A stretch of 64,000 bases of DNA from Salpingoeca rosetta (GCA_033442325.1 JAWQFM010000012.1:1411793-1475792); one strand, 5' to 3'. Counted from the first letter of the stretch, positions 42,481 through 62,550 are shown. Notes: a model not told the origin generated them from the sequence alone. Made by a program: numbers and translations.

Positions 42481-42912
42481 CCTGCAGTGTGCGTATGCGT
42501 GTGTATGCTCTGCACACATTGCACACCACAAGCGGCAACCACACTCACGCGTGAGGGATGTCCTCTTCCCACTACTTGGGCCTGCGACGCTTGCTTCCCC
42601 CATCCGACCGCAGGTACGATCCCATCTCGCTGTTTGCGATTCACCCAAGTTACGGCACACCAAACGACCTGAAGCTGCTGGTCAACACCGCGCACGAGCT
42701 GGGCATGGTGGTCGTGTTCGATTCCGTCTTCAACCACATGCACTCACGCTCCATTCTCCAGTTCTGGGACGGCACAAACCTCTACTTTGAGCAGGGTGTG
42801 TGTGTATGAGAGAGAGAGAGATATAGAGAGAGAGAGTGTGTGTGTGTGTTCGTTTGTGTGTTCGTTTGTGTATGCGCCTGTGTCTTCGTTTGTGTCTTCG
42901 TTTGTGTATGCG

Positions 42913-42965
<53 letters not shown>

Positions 42966-43868
42966 TGGGGTACAACTCTGTGTGGTGTACAACGCGACTG
43001 GCAGCGGGCACACTGATGTCACTTGCACATCGGCCCAGACAACAGCATCCGTCAACGCTCATCATGTTGATGACCACCACACGCTTGTGCAACAGAGGGC
43101 ACGGAATGGGGCCCACGCCCCCGCTTCACATCGCATGGAGTTCAGGATTACATCATCGACTCCATTGTACAGACGATGCTCAGTACACTGTCATGACACA
43201 CACGCACACACATAAACACACATATACGCACATAGACGCACTGTTGCCGTCACATGCGCTCTCTTGTTGCCCTTCCTCCCCGCGTGCTCCACTAACATCG
43301 GTGCCCCAAATACAGGTCTCCTTCTTCCGCGATTATCACATGGACGGCGTTCGCGTCGACTCCACCTCAAATGTCCGCGGTCAGGGCAGCGACATCCCGG
43401 GTGGCTGGCAGCTACTACAGGTGCGCCTCTTTTGGTCGTTGGCTGGTTGGTGTGTTGGTTGGTGTGTCGGTTGGTGTGTTGGTTGTATGTGTTGGTTGTA
43501 TGTGTGCTTGTGCGGCCTCGCGCACACTGACTGCCCACTCATTCCCTCTCGACACCTTCCACGGTGATTTCTACACGCACGCACGCACACACGCACGCAC
43601 AACCCGTTGATCAGCGCATCAACGACGTCGTGCACGAGAATTTCCCGCGCGCGTTCACCATTGCGGAGGATTTGTACGACGACCGGCGGCTCAACACGGG
43701 CGGCGCGTGCTTCGACCTGCAGTGGTGCCAGGGCACATTCAAGGTGATTCGATTGCGCAGCCTGTGCCTTGCAACATTGGTTCTGTCACATGCAGCTCCA
43801 CTTGCTTTCCGCATCGTCATAACACGTGTCCACCAGACTGCTAACCCCACCGCACGCACACACACGCA

Positions 43869-43964
<96 letters not shown>

Positions 43965-44128
43965 CACAGGCGCTGTTTAACGTTGCTGAGCCGACGAAAG
44001 ACGCGCGACGCAACATCGGGGAGCTGGCACAGCACATCAGCCGCTCCCACCCGGGACACATGGGTGGACGTGTGCTCTACACTGAGAACCACGACACAGC
44101 GCCAGGCGACAGGGAAAAGCGGTGCGCT

Positions 44129-44213
<85 letters not shown>

Positions 44214-45300
44214 GCGTCATGAGCGTGAACAGAATTGATGTTGTTCACCAAGGTTACCTAACTCCCACTTGCATTACTTGCCCGTCATCATCCCCTCCCC
44301 CCTCGCGTCTCCTGCTGGTGTGCCAGGATTCCCCTCGCGATTGTGCACGGCGATGAAAAGAGCGTTGGATCGTTCTACGCGGTCATGCGCACCACCCTCG
44401 TTGCCAGCATCATGTTCTGCACACCAGGGGTACCCATGCTGCTCCAAGGTGAGACAACAACACGTGGTGAAAAATGCACCTTGCTGCTTCATCCTCACAC
44501 GATGTGCGTCTTCTTTAGCACCGCCATCGATGACGCTAGACGAATAACACCGTCACCACCACCATCACCACCATCACCACCATCACCACCATCGTGCTTG
44601 CAGGTCAAGAGATCTTCGAGTGCGCGTCACCGGAGTGGCCCGTCGGTCCAACTGTCGACTGGAAGCGCATCTACGAATTCCCGGGCGTCAACCTGTGAGC
44701 TTTGCACTTCCCCACTGCACCTTGATATGTGTTTGTGTGTTGCGCATGTATGCGTGCGTGCTGACCTCTCATTGGAATGCATGCACCACACTGCCCTTCC
44801 CTCCACGCACACGCAAAACCTCACACATGCTCCTGCGTCTCCCATCACCCGTGCACACACGTACGCGCACACGCAGCGTGTTCAGGGCGCTGATTGCACT
44901 GCGCCAGAACCAGCACGACAACACGCTTGGGCTAACGGGCCCATATGTGCGTGTGCATCATCTCAACGAAAGCGATGGCGTCATGGCCATTCACCGCTGG
45001 GCAAAGGTGCAATGACGCCACAACACGAAGACAACCGCATGTGTGCGCGCGTGTGTGTGGAGGGGGGTTGTGTTTGTGTGCTTGTGAGCGCGTGGTTGTA
45101 TTTGTGTGCTTGTACGTTGCTTGGGTTGTGTTCGTGTGGTTTTCCACCTTGCCATTCCTGCAACATTCCAAAGCTATGATGACCTTACATACATTTCTCG
45201 TTGATGGTGTGTGTGTGTGTGCGTATGTGTGTGTGTGTGTGTTCGTGTGTGTGTGTGTGTGTGTGCGTGTGTGTGTGTGTGTGTGTGCGTGTGTGTGTGT

Positions 45301-45363
<63 letters not shown>

Positions 45364-45581
45364 AGGGCGGGCCTGGTGATGATGTGATGGTCGTTGCCAA
45401 CTTCAGCAACAAGAAGTTTTCCAGCTACCGCGTCGGCTTCCCCCGTGAAGGTCAGCCGTTGGGTTCTCTGCGCATTTCGTGCGACACAGTGGGCCTGTTG
45501 TTGACCTGGTCGAGTGTGCACACAGCTTCCAAAACACACAACGCACACGTGCGTGTCGAATCACAGTCTCACACGAACACG

Positions 45582-45680
<99 letters not shown>

Positions 45681-46627
45681 AGGCCGGTGGAGTGTGCGAC
45701 TGAGCACATCGCAGGCGGCGTACAACGATGGGCATCACGACACGAGCATTGACGTGCCGGAGCACATCAACGTGACCACGCACCATCCACGCGACGGATA
45801 CCCGTTTTCGGGCGCCATTGCCCTTTCGCGCTACACCGCCATCTTCCTGTCGCAGAACGGCGAGGCGCGGCTGGTGTTCCGCGTCAAGCAGGAGACGGAG
45901 TGGGGCACCAGCGTCGGCATCTCGGGCTCAGACCCGGCCCTGGTGCGCAGCAATACGTGTGGTCGTCGCTGCGGTTGTGTGTCTACATTTGTGTGTGTGT
46001 GTCTGTGTGTCTGTGTGTGTCTGTGTGTGTCTGTGTGTGTACTTTTGTGCACTTGCGTGTGTCTACTTTTGTGCACTTGCGTGTGTGTACTTTTGTGCAC
46101 TTGCGTGTGTCTACTTTTGTGCACTTGCGTGTGTTTGCGTGGTGTGCATATATTTGTGTGCATGCAGCCAACGTGCTTGTGACCTCACAGCCCACAACGC
46201 ACAACCCACACGTGCACACATCAGGGGAGCTGGACGCGAGCGATTGAGCTGCGAACGGACACTGCAGATGCGCACTACCCCTGGTGGCAGAGCGATCCCG
46301 TTGTCGTGCCCGCACGCACAGAGCTCTCTTACAAGATGGGTGGGTTGCCATCGCGTGTTTGTAGTGCCATGCCGCGTTGTCGTCGTGGACGTGCCGTGTG
46401 GTGCGGCTTTTGTGAGTGTGTCCTGTGTGGGTGGTGTTGCTTGCCTTTCTACACGACTACAATGCCTTGTCACCACCCCATGTCGTGTTTCTCACAACCA
46501 AGCGTGCTGTTGCGATGGTTTGCGATCAACAGTACTGTTGCGCAACGATGAAATCGTGCACTGGGAGGACCGCGATGACCGGACAATATGTCCACCCATC
46601 GGCCGCGTTCGCCTCATCCTCTCTTGA
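40349..46627 (+). CDS. GH13 alpha-glucan-active enzyme (bacterial branching enzyme/trehalohydrolase-like) with two N-terminal RanBP2-type zinc fingers, CBM48 and C-terminal CBM20
   Basis: Zinc fingers PGDWVCDQCGALN..FPCTQC and WQCPVC..APCVCCG. CBM48: FRVWAPNAQRVFVMGDFNSW. GH13: YELHV, LDYLKSLGINAIALMP, WGYDP, YGTPNDLK, DSVFNH, DGVRVD, IAEDL, ENHD and PMLLQGQE, with the D/E/D triad intact. CBM20: VFRVKQETEWGTSVGISGSDPALGSW...YPWW...YK...VHWE. Confidence 0.9.
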
Positions 46628-46973
46628 TCCCGCCGGCTCTGCATGCGCTGTGTGCGTGTGTATACGTGGGTGCGCGTGCGTCTGTATGTCTGTCTGTCTG
46701 TTACTTCAGGCCCACCTTCTTCTGGAATATGGCGTGCGTGTGCTGCCTGTTGTGTGGTTCCTTTCCTTTGCCCTTGTGTTATCAGAATCAAGTACATGCG
46801 TACGTCACGGAGGAAGAGAGGGTTGTTTATTAATGGCAACACCTGCACAAACACAAGACACGACGAACCGAAACTGACGTGCAATGCACCTGTGTGTGTG
46901 TGCGCGCGCGCGTGAGAGAGAGAGAGAGAGAGACAGAGAGGCAGAGACAGAGAGAGACAGAGAGAGAGAGAGA

Positions 46974-47040
<67 letters not shown>

Positions 47041-47122
47041 ATACATGGTCTTTCGGTCCGACCCGCTGGCCTGTCACTTCTTGCTGCTGCTGTTGTTGTT
47101 GTCTTGTCAACTGCCTGTCTCA

Positions 47123-48420
47123 TCACTGCTTACTGTCTACGGCCTGTGCTGTGCTAGTTGTCGTTGCTGTCGCTGCTGTGTGTCGCTGCAAAGTGCGGGC
47201 GATTGCGGCCGCGTACGCCTCTGAGGCACCAGGGTGAATTGGCAGGTACAGATATGGCTCTGTCAGCTCCAGCTCCGACAAGCGGATGCTGCCGTCGTCG
47301 TCCTGCATAATGTCAATCCTGGCGTACAGGCATGGCGGCTGCGTTGCCAGCACGCGGTCCACAAACGCTCGCTCCACCTCCGTTGGTGCTGCTGAGTGCT
47401 CGGGAAAATGGAGCTGGTCGCCCTCAAATGTGGCGCGCTTGTGCACTGCATGGGACAGGGCGCCGTCGAACCAAATGAGGCTGGTCTCTCCGCGCGTGCG
47501 AATGCTGTGCATGAACTTCTGTACCATTGCGTCGCGGTCTGCCAGGAGCGCGTCCAGGTGGGCTTGGGCGGCCTCGTGGTCGGCCGCGCGGAAGTGCTTC
47601 GTCTTGAATGAGCTGGCGCCCACAGCTGGCTTGATCACAACGTCAGACCATCCGCGCTGCTCAACCAGATCTGCCACTGAATGCTTGGTGCCTCTGCTGT
47701 AGTGCGCTGTTGGAATAGTGGGGATGCCCTTCTCCTCCAACTTGGTCAGATACCCTGCGTTGCTCGAACACAGACATGTGCCATGTGCGCAGTTTAGTTT
47801 TGGGTGTGCGTGTGTGTTTGTGTGTGTGGTGGGGGGGGGTGCGAATACATGAGTATGGGAGAGAGGAAGACAGAGAGCGCGCGTGCGTGCGATTACGACT
47901 GTGAAACTGTGCAGTTCCAAAGTGTCGATGGGCCAATCGTTGAAAGAAAAGCAGCGTAAATACGCAACTGTGCAAACACACACAAGCATGCACACAAAGC
48001 ATGCACACAAGCAATTCTGCGCACACGCGCTCCACTACACCTCTTTGCTTGTCCCGCCTCGTTCCTCTCCTGCTTGCCCCTTGATTCACTCACAACACTA
48101 GTAGACACACCTTTGTGAATGTTGGAGCGAAGGACAGAGAGGCTGTTGTGGATGACGAGGTTGCGGCGCTCCACCTCGTCCAAAAAGGCCACAAACTCAT
48201 CGTACTTGAGGTGGTAGTTCCATGGCGACTTGACGATGCCCACATCGCGCTGCGTCCAGTGCTCAAATACATCGGGCGTGTCCCAGGCCAGGTTCACTGC
48301 ATCAACCCCGTGCTTCTCCTTGAGCAGCTTCATCAACAGCGGCGTCTCGTTGTCGTCGCTCGTCCCGCTGGTGGCCGTGATGAACACCACCCGACCTTCT
48401 CGCGCCTCCTCACTCGTCAT
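47123..48420 (-). CDS. ATP-grasp ligase, bacterial RimK/glutathione synthetase-like (DcsG-like) family, 2 exons
   Basis: Motifs AWD, KSPWNYH, NS..VLRSNIHKGYL, VVIKPAVGAS, MVQKF..SIRTRGETSLIWFDG..SHAVHKR and YARIDI..LSELELTEPYLY. Single intron 48110-47755. Confidence 0.88.
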
Positions 48421-48598
48421 CGTGTGACAGTGGTGCGTGGTTGTTGGCGCAGCAAGCAACGTGCAGTGTCCTTCCTTCCTTCGGCGGTCTGCAACTGAAT
48501 TCAGTCTGGTGTGAGTTTTAGGGTGGTGGATGCGCGGTTTTTTGCTGGTTCAGAGGTTTTATGAATGTAACGGCCAAAGGCCCTCCACTCGTGCTGTG

Positions 48599-48620
48599 CC
48601 TTTTTTTTTCTGTCTGCTGG
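48599..48620 (+). promoter_or_regulatory. Putative TCT/5'TOP-type start and non-coding first exon of RPL29
   Basis: CCTTTTTTTTTCTGTCTGCTGG is followed by donor GTGAGT at 48621. The matching acceptor CCGCAG ends at 48949, just before CCATG. Confidence 0.55.
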
Positions 48621-48653
48621 GTGAGTGCGGCGACGATGGGAGGCCGCTTGCTT

Positions 48654-48699
48654 GTGCCGTGTGCCGTGTGCCGTGTGCCGTGTGCCGTGTGCCGTGTGC
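48654..48699 (+). repeat. Heptamer tandem repeat (GTGCCGT)x6
   Basis: Six perfect units plus a partial unit, inside the putative RPL29 5'UTR intron. Confidence 0.9.
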
Positions 48700-48951
48700 A
48701 TGACTGGCTGCCTGCCTGTGCGTGTTTGAATGTGCAGATGTTACGGCCATAATAGCTCTGGGCTGTTACTTTGGGCGTGCACCATACCCTGACCTCCCTC
48801 TCGCGTGCACAAACACCACCCGTCCGCATCATCTCACCACCGTCTCTTCTTGTTCTTCTTGTCCATTGCCGCAACCAACCAACCCTGGCGGTTCCAGCCT
48901 GCACCAACGTCCTCCGTCCCAGACCCACTCACCACCCCAACAACCGCAGCC

Positions 48952-50008
48952 ATGGCCAAGTCCAAGAACCACACAGCCCACAACCAGAGTACGTTTTGGC
49001 CGCTGTTACCGTGTAATCCACCACCTCCACCACCACCATCATGCAGTTGCTGCATGTGCGCGCGCGACCACAACATCCCGAGACGAGCACCCCAGTGAGG
49101 GTTGATACGTTGTTGTTGTTGTTGTGTATGGCATGGCGCCCCTATGTGCCTCCGTGCCATGCGCATCATGGATGAGAACAACGATTGTGCACGCGATGAG
49201 GATGACAACGACGCGGTGCTGGTGGATGATGATGATGATGATGATGGCAGTTGTCGGGGTGGTGGTAATGATTCTAAGCGAATGATGATGAAGGTGGTGC
49301 GAGCGTCGCAATGCTTGCCCGGCAAGAAGGGAGAAAGCGCTGACTGCTGTCGTGTTATCGAGACACCCTCAACGACACCAGCCTGTTGCTGTTGTTGTGT
49401 TGATGGCGGCGCTTCTGTTCCAACCCACGCCACACACGTAACAACACCTCCGCCTGCACCGTACACTTCCACTTCCAAAGCCGCTGCATGTTCTCATGTC
49501 ACCCATTTGTCTCTCCTTTATGCCCTTTCAGACTACAAGGCACACAAGAACGGCCTGAAGAAGCCCAAGCTCCGTCTTGTTCGCAGCCTCAAGGGCGTAA
49601 GTCCTGTGTGTGTTTGTTTGCGTGTGATGAAAACAACCGGGCGTGGGATGTTGTGAGAGGAGAGTGTTTGCTCGGTGTTGTCGTGTGGCAGAGCTTGCAG
49701 TCTGGCTCTGTGTGCCTGTCGCTCTTGCTTGGGTTTTATCTTTGGTTTGAAATGTGCACGCTCTCGCGCGCGATGCACGCGCTGCATACTCGCATACACC
49801 CTTGCGCTTGGCACAGCTCACCTCAACACCGTTGTGTTTGCACCACCCATTTATGCGTGTCTGTGTCTGTGTGTGTGAACAGCGTGACCCCAAGCTTGTG
49901 CGCAACATGCGCTTTGCCAAGAAGGGTTCCATCCGCGCTGCCCGCAAGGAGGCAGCAAGGCAGGCATACCTTGCCCGTGCCGGTTCCAAGAAGACCGAGT
50001 CCAAGTAA
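48952..50008 (+). CDS. RPL29: 60S ribosomal protein L29 (eL29), 3 coding exons
   Basis: MAKSKNHTAHNQN|YKAHKNGLKKPKLRLVRSLKG|RDPKLVRNMRFAKKG...ESK*. Confidence 0.97.
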
Positions 50009-50871
50009 ACTGCCTGTTGCGGTGAGTTCTCAGGAAGAGTACGTGTGTTGTTGTGAGTGCGGCCGGGGGTAGGGACTAATGGACGAGTGGCAGGGCAAGC
50101 TGTGCAGTGAAATTGAGTGAGAGGGCATGAGACAATGTTTGTGTGTATGCATGTATGGGAGCAAGGACAAGGTGCCGCATGCTGTGTACGATTGCTTCGC
50201 TGTGCGAACCTAAGCTCTGTTCTAGACCTCTCTCACTCACTCACTCACACACACACACACACACACATGTTGCCCTCACAACCTGTCGTGCCTGTTTTTG
50301 TGTTCGATGCCTACATGGGGTTTAGGTGGAGGGATGTGAGATAGCAGGGCGTGTTTCCGTTGCGTGTGTGTCTGTGGTGGCTTGTTTGCGTTCTGGATGA
50401 CCTGCATCGTGGATGTTGGCGCTGCTTGCGTGGGGGTGATGATGTGCCAACGAGTGAGCCCGTGCGGCTTCAATGTGCAGCAGAGGCGGGAAAGGGTCCT
50501 GTGAAGCAGTGACACTTGGTCCGTGCTCGTGTTTGCTGTTGTCTGTGCTTGCGATTCTGGTGCGCATCCTTGTGTCTGCGTGTCTGCGTCCCATCTTCCT
50601 TTGTTGTGTCTTCCCCAACAAGTAACACTCCCCAGCTGCACGCCAACCACCACGACAAGCAAGGCGTCAAGAGCGAGCGGGTGCGTGTGGTGTGACATGA
50701 GACAACAGGGGCAACTCAAATCCACACAAAACGTGCAAACAACAACAAGAAGAAGCGAAAGAAAGGACGAGTCCCACCAACCAATATCAACAACAACAAG
50801 CAAGGAGTAGCCCACGTCCTGCCTTGCTTGCTTGTGCTGGGTCGTTGTTGGCATCTGTCCGGCATCGCAAC

Positions 50872-56906
<6,035 letters not shown>

Positions 56907-56984
56907 TGCCGAAGCCGCAGAACAGCGGTGCTTGCGTGCATGCGTGTATGCGCTTATGTTTGTGTGTGTGTGTGTGTGTGTATG

Positions 56985-57190
<206 letters not shown>

Positions 57191-57693
57191 GATGATGATG
57201 ATGATGACTGACTGCTTCCTGCCTTGCTTGCTTGGTTGTTTGGACGACTGTCGTCCCGCTGTTTGCCTCTGCGTCGTGCTTCACGCAGACTGTTACATGA
57301 GCCCGTGTCTCGGTTTCCAATGCTTGCTTGCTCGTTACAATACATATACACGGATGTGTGAGTGCATGGGTGCGTGTGTGCATGTCGTGGGGATAAGTGC
57401 ATGTGTTGGTTCATGTCATCAACAACAACAACAACAAACAACCAACCACAACAACAACAAGACAACTGGAGAGCGACAGCACAAATTGCATCAAGCGCCT
57501 CCATTCTCTTTTTTGTGTGTGCGAGAGACGACGAACCTCTTCGTGCTGTTGTTGTTGTGCTGCGCTGAACCACCCACACTACCAAGCATCCCATCCATCC
57601 ACCCGTCCATCCCTCCATCCCTCCATCCATCCATCCGTCCATCCAGCACACATACACAGATACCGACACATACAAACGCGCGAACCCACGGCC

Positions 57694-59954
57694 ATGGATT
57701 CCATCAAGCGCAACTTTGCCCTGCGGTCTCAGGTTCGTGTTTGAGGCTGAGCTCGTTTTGTGTTCATGCCAGTGTTCGTCCATGGCATGTCCGTGTATGC
57801 CAGTGTTCAATATGTGTGTGTGTGTGTAATTGGCATGATGCTCACTCACACACACACACACACACACACACGCACGCGCGCGCGCCCACACGTACGCACG
57901 CACACACACACGCACACACACGCACACACACGCACACACACACGCACACACACACGCACACACACACACAATTTGCACCTTTGTAGCTGATGATGCTGAA
58001 CCGCGCCACCTCGGACAAGCCGGACCCGACACCAGGATACATGTTCACAGACATTGCCAAGCTGACGTTTGAGTCGTCGCAAATGTCCATGGACCTCATG
58101 GACTACCTGCTGGCGCGCGTCAAAAAGAAGTCCGTGTACACGAAGATCAAGGCCCTCAAGATCCTCAAGTACCTCGTGGAGAAGGGGCACGAGGGCTTTT
58201 TCAAGGACCTGCAGCGACGCAGCGACGACATCCGCCAAGCAATGGGTGCGGAAGCGTCTGTGTGTGTGTGCATATGCATGTGTGTGTGCCTGTAGATACG
58301 TGTGTATGTAGCTCTGTGTGTGTGTGTGTGTGTGTGTTTTTAGTTTTGCCTGCACTCTACACTCCACTACCCCCACGACCACCACGATTATTAACCACTA
58401 ACGCGCGTACCCTTGTTTTCAACTACTCGTGCAGAGTTCAAAGGCGCTGTTGATCCCCTCCATGGGGATACATTCAACAAGCAAGTGCGCGAGCACGCTT
58501 CGGTTAGTATGGAGTTTCCTGCAATCCTGCAACGCGCTGAACATGTCCTCCAAGCGTGATGATCAGCATGACAATGCTTTCACACACACACACCATCACA
58601 CTCACACACCATCACACACTCACCATCACACACTCACCATCACACACACCATCACACACACACACACACCATCTCACACACACACACCAGAAACTGATGG
58701 AGGCGCTGTTCAACCCCAAGTCGACCGGCCCGCGTGCGCCGCCGGATGCAAGCAAGACATCGATTGCGAAGGACGCGTTTGGCAGCTCGGGTGCGTCGTT
58801 CAGCAAGCCGCCGTCCCGGCCCGCGTCGCAGGCCATGTCGTCCACATCGTCGAGCACATCCAACCTCGGGCAGTACTACTACACGGAGACCACCTCCGCA
58901 TCCGGCATGAAGATGTGGGGGATGGGCAGCGGACCAGCAAAATGTGAGGCGCCAAGCGTGTGTATCTGTTTGTGGTGTGTGTCTGTGTGCCTGTATGCAT
59001 GTGTGTGTGTGTCTGTCTGTCTGTGTCTGTGTGTGTACGCGTGTGAACATCTGTGTTTGTGTCTATGCAGTGCTGTTCGACTGTGTCTGCGCCTCCACCA
59101 CCTTGTCATCACCTCACCACCACTCGTACCCAACCACCCACCCACACATCTTGGTACACTGCCTCCTTTCCCAGCGGAGTCGTTTGTTGACAAGATGAAA
59201 GCGCGCGTCTCACAGGCAAAAGACCGCGTCGTCACCGCCCTCAACGACAAGAGTGCGTCCATGACCCATTTCCGCCGTGTCCACACGAGGAGGGCTTGTG
59301 TCTGTGTGTGTGTGTGTGTTGTCTGTGTCTGTCTGTCTGTCTGTGAATGTCTATCTGTCTGTGCGTGCGTGTGTGTTTGTATGTCTGTCTGTCTGTCTGT
59401 GAATGTCTACCTGTCTGTCTGTGAATGTTAATGTAACGATTATAGTATGGTCTTTAATTGTATGCACATGCAAGTTTACCTGGTGCATTGCCGTCATTCC
59501 ACCTTTGTGACCGTGCTCCTGCTTTGCATCAACAGACGAAGAGCCAGCCGGATACACGCCCATGCACAACAACGCACACAGGTGCAGTTCCATTGCTCGA
59601 CCACACCTCTTGCTGCACTTGGCCCTTGCCACCCAATCACATCACTGCAACCATGTCCATCGTGCCACTCACACCGCACTCGGTCACATCATCACCATCA
59701 TCACCACCACTGCCACCATCACCAGCGAGATGGCGCGTGCCTTCCGCACCACGGGCACCCCCTCCACTTCCTCTGGACGCGTTGGAGGGCTGCAGCGGCC
59801 CGGTGGTTCATACCGCGCACCGCAGGAGCCCGCCACAGGGCCAGAGCACTCCTCAATCTCAACGTGTGTGTGCATGGGGTGTATGGGGGTGTGAGGTTGT
59901 GTGTGTTTGTGTCTGTGTGTGCGTGTGTGTCTGTGTGTGTGTGTGTCTGTGTGG

Positions 59955-59991
<37 letters not shown>

Positions 59992-60199
59992 TGAGTATGA
60001 TGAGCAAGTCCTCAACCTATACCCCTCCCTATGTCCTTCCCCTCCCATCTTCCCTTGCCACAACTTTGACGTGCGTGTTGCTGTCATGCGCGGACTGCCC
60101 GTGCAGGGATCCGGACTACATTGATCGCGTCGTGCAGACCATCACCGCACCTGGCGGCGTCAAGGTCCTTGCAACCTGCCATATCACATGGCGTGTCTG

Positions 60200-60286
<87 letters not shown>

Positions 60287-60625
60287 CACACACACACACA
60301 TGCACACACACACACACATGCACGCCACGACATCGTACTCTCCCACTTGCAATCACACGCACACACGTATGCGTTGGCTCACCTCATTCTCCCTGGATCA
60401 CCCCCTATTCTCCTGCGTGCAGGTTGCGCCGCCGCAGCAGGATCTGGATGCGTTTGTGTCCAAGTGCCGGACGCTTGACGGGCACCAGGTCGCCGACGCC
60501 CTGCTCGACCGTATCGACGCTGCAGCCACAGACCGCGAGACCCTGGTGCTGGCACACACAGACACGTGGTGCAGAAGAGGGGAGGGGGCTATGTGTGTGT
60601 GTGTGCGCGTCTGTGTGCAACTTCC

Positions 60626-60681
<56 letters not shown>

Positions 60682-61039
60682 CATGTGCCTTTGAACGTCG
60701 CCCCTTTGCACTTCTCTCTGTTCGTTTCCTGTGGACTTTCCAAGTGCCACCCCCCCCCCCTTGCCTCTTGCAGTGATAATGACCCTCGCTCAATCCTTAC
60801 ATCCGTACACGACCCTCCCTCCCCCCCCCACACACACACACATCTTCTCTCTGCTTCCCTGCACAGCGGATCCTGCATGTGGTGAAGGCGCTGGCCGGCT
60901 CGGACATTATCGGCATCGAGGCGTGCCTTGCCCCCATCAGGGACCCCCTCGAGGTCAGGCTTGGTACCGGAGGGAGACAAGCGATGATGGCCCAACAGTG
61001 CAAGCGTCCAATCATACACTCCACTGCAACTCACGCCCG

Positions 61040-61111
<72 letters not shown>

Positions 61112-61502
61112 CATGTCTGTCACCTTTTCCCATATCTCTCTTCCCCTTCACCCCCCCCCCCTTCTATCCCGCCAGGACTACGTTGCTGGGGACCACGCCG
61201 GCATCAAGAAAAAGGCACGCGAAATCATTCGCATTCTGGATCAGAAGGAGCAGTCTTACCTTTCAAGCAGCAAAGCTGGCGCCACTGACCAACAGCAGCA
61301 ATCGCAGCAGTCAAAGCCAGCGGCTGCGCCAACCAACTTGCTTGATCTGGTGCGCGTTTGTGAGGGCGTCAATGATCCATGCATGTCTGAGTGTGTTGTT
61401 GTCACGCAAGCACGTTCACACTCAAATGTGGACGCGCACACACACACACACTGGCGCATACATGCACACACACATTGGTGCACATTTTTAAATTCACATA
61501 CA

Positions 61503-61568
<66 letters not shown>

Positions 61569-62054
61569 CACACAAACAACCCAGGATGAGCCGGCGCCTG
61601 CAAGTGGCGGGCTGGAGGAACTGCTGGGCGGACAACAGCGACAGCAGCAGAGCGAGCAGACGACGCCAACATCCCTCTTCTCAGGCATGTCGCTTGGCGG
61701 TGCAACGACTGCCACTACCGCCGCCGCACCAGCAGTCACCACAGCACCACAGCAGCAGAGTAGTGGCAGCCTGCTGGACATGGGCGACGACACCACGTCC
61801 ACCACTACAACGACAACGACGACAGGCGGCAGCACGGGGGGATCATCCCTCTTCTCGGGGATGGCGCTGGCAACAGGCGATCAGCAGCAGCAGCAGCAGC
61901 AAGCTGTGGGGGAAACAGTGAAGCAGGAGGTGAATGGCAACCAGGGCAGCGGGAGCCTGCTTGATCTTGGTGATGTCTTCTTGGGCAGCAACAACGCCGG
62001 CAACGCGCCCACACCCCAGCAATCTCACCAGCCAAGGTAGGCAAGGGTATGTGG

Positions 62055-62114
<60 letters not shown>

Positions 62115-62514
62115 TTTGTTTGTCTGAATATGTCTGGGTGGCTCTGTCCACCTGTCTGAGTGCCCGGGTTTGTTCTTGTCGGTTTCTGTGCCATTTTAGT
62201 CACCTTTGTGTCATGCATTCACCACACCTCTGCCACACCCTCGTCACACCTGTGCCACGTCTCCTCGCCCCATTGCTCACACGCTGCTTTGCTGTCTATC
62301 TCGACGGATATTGCAGTGCATTTGCCTCGCTCCTCGGCAACTCTACACAACAGCCACAGCAGCAGCAGACACAGCAGCAGCAGCAGCCGTCGCAGTCCGG
62401 GTTTGACCTGTCGTCACTGTATTCACAGCAGCAGACGCCACAGCAGCAGATGCCGGGGATGATGATGCAGCCCAGCATGCAGCAGCAGATGCAAATGCAA
62501 CAGATGATGATGAT

Positions 62515-62550
<36 letters not shown>

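Noticed and set aside
48740-48795. ACGGCCATA and CCATACCCTGA, resembling the 5S rRNA start or a C/D snoRNA guide in the RPL29 intron
   Set aside because: Only short discontinuous matches; there is no 5S body, canonical C box or terminal stem.
49280-49345. ATGATGA...CTGA as a possible C/D snoRNA in RPL29 intron 1 (also GTGATGA at ~49624)
   Set aside because: ATGATGA lies in a GAT-repeat context, no rRNA complement was recognised, and the second candidate has no D box.
50322-50621. 99-aa minus-strand ORF between RPL29 and the TBC gene
   Set aside because: No recognisable domain or coding signature, and the annotated start is not ATG.
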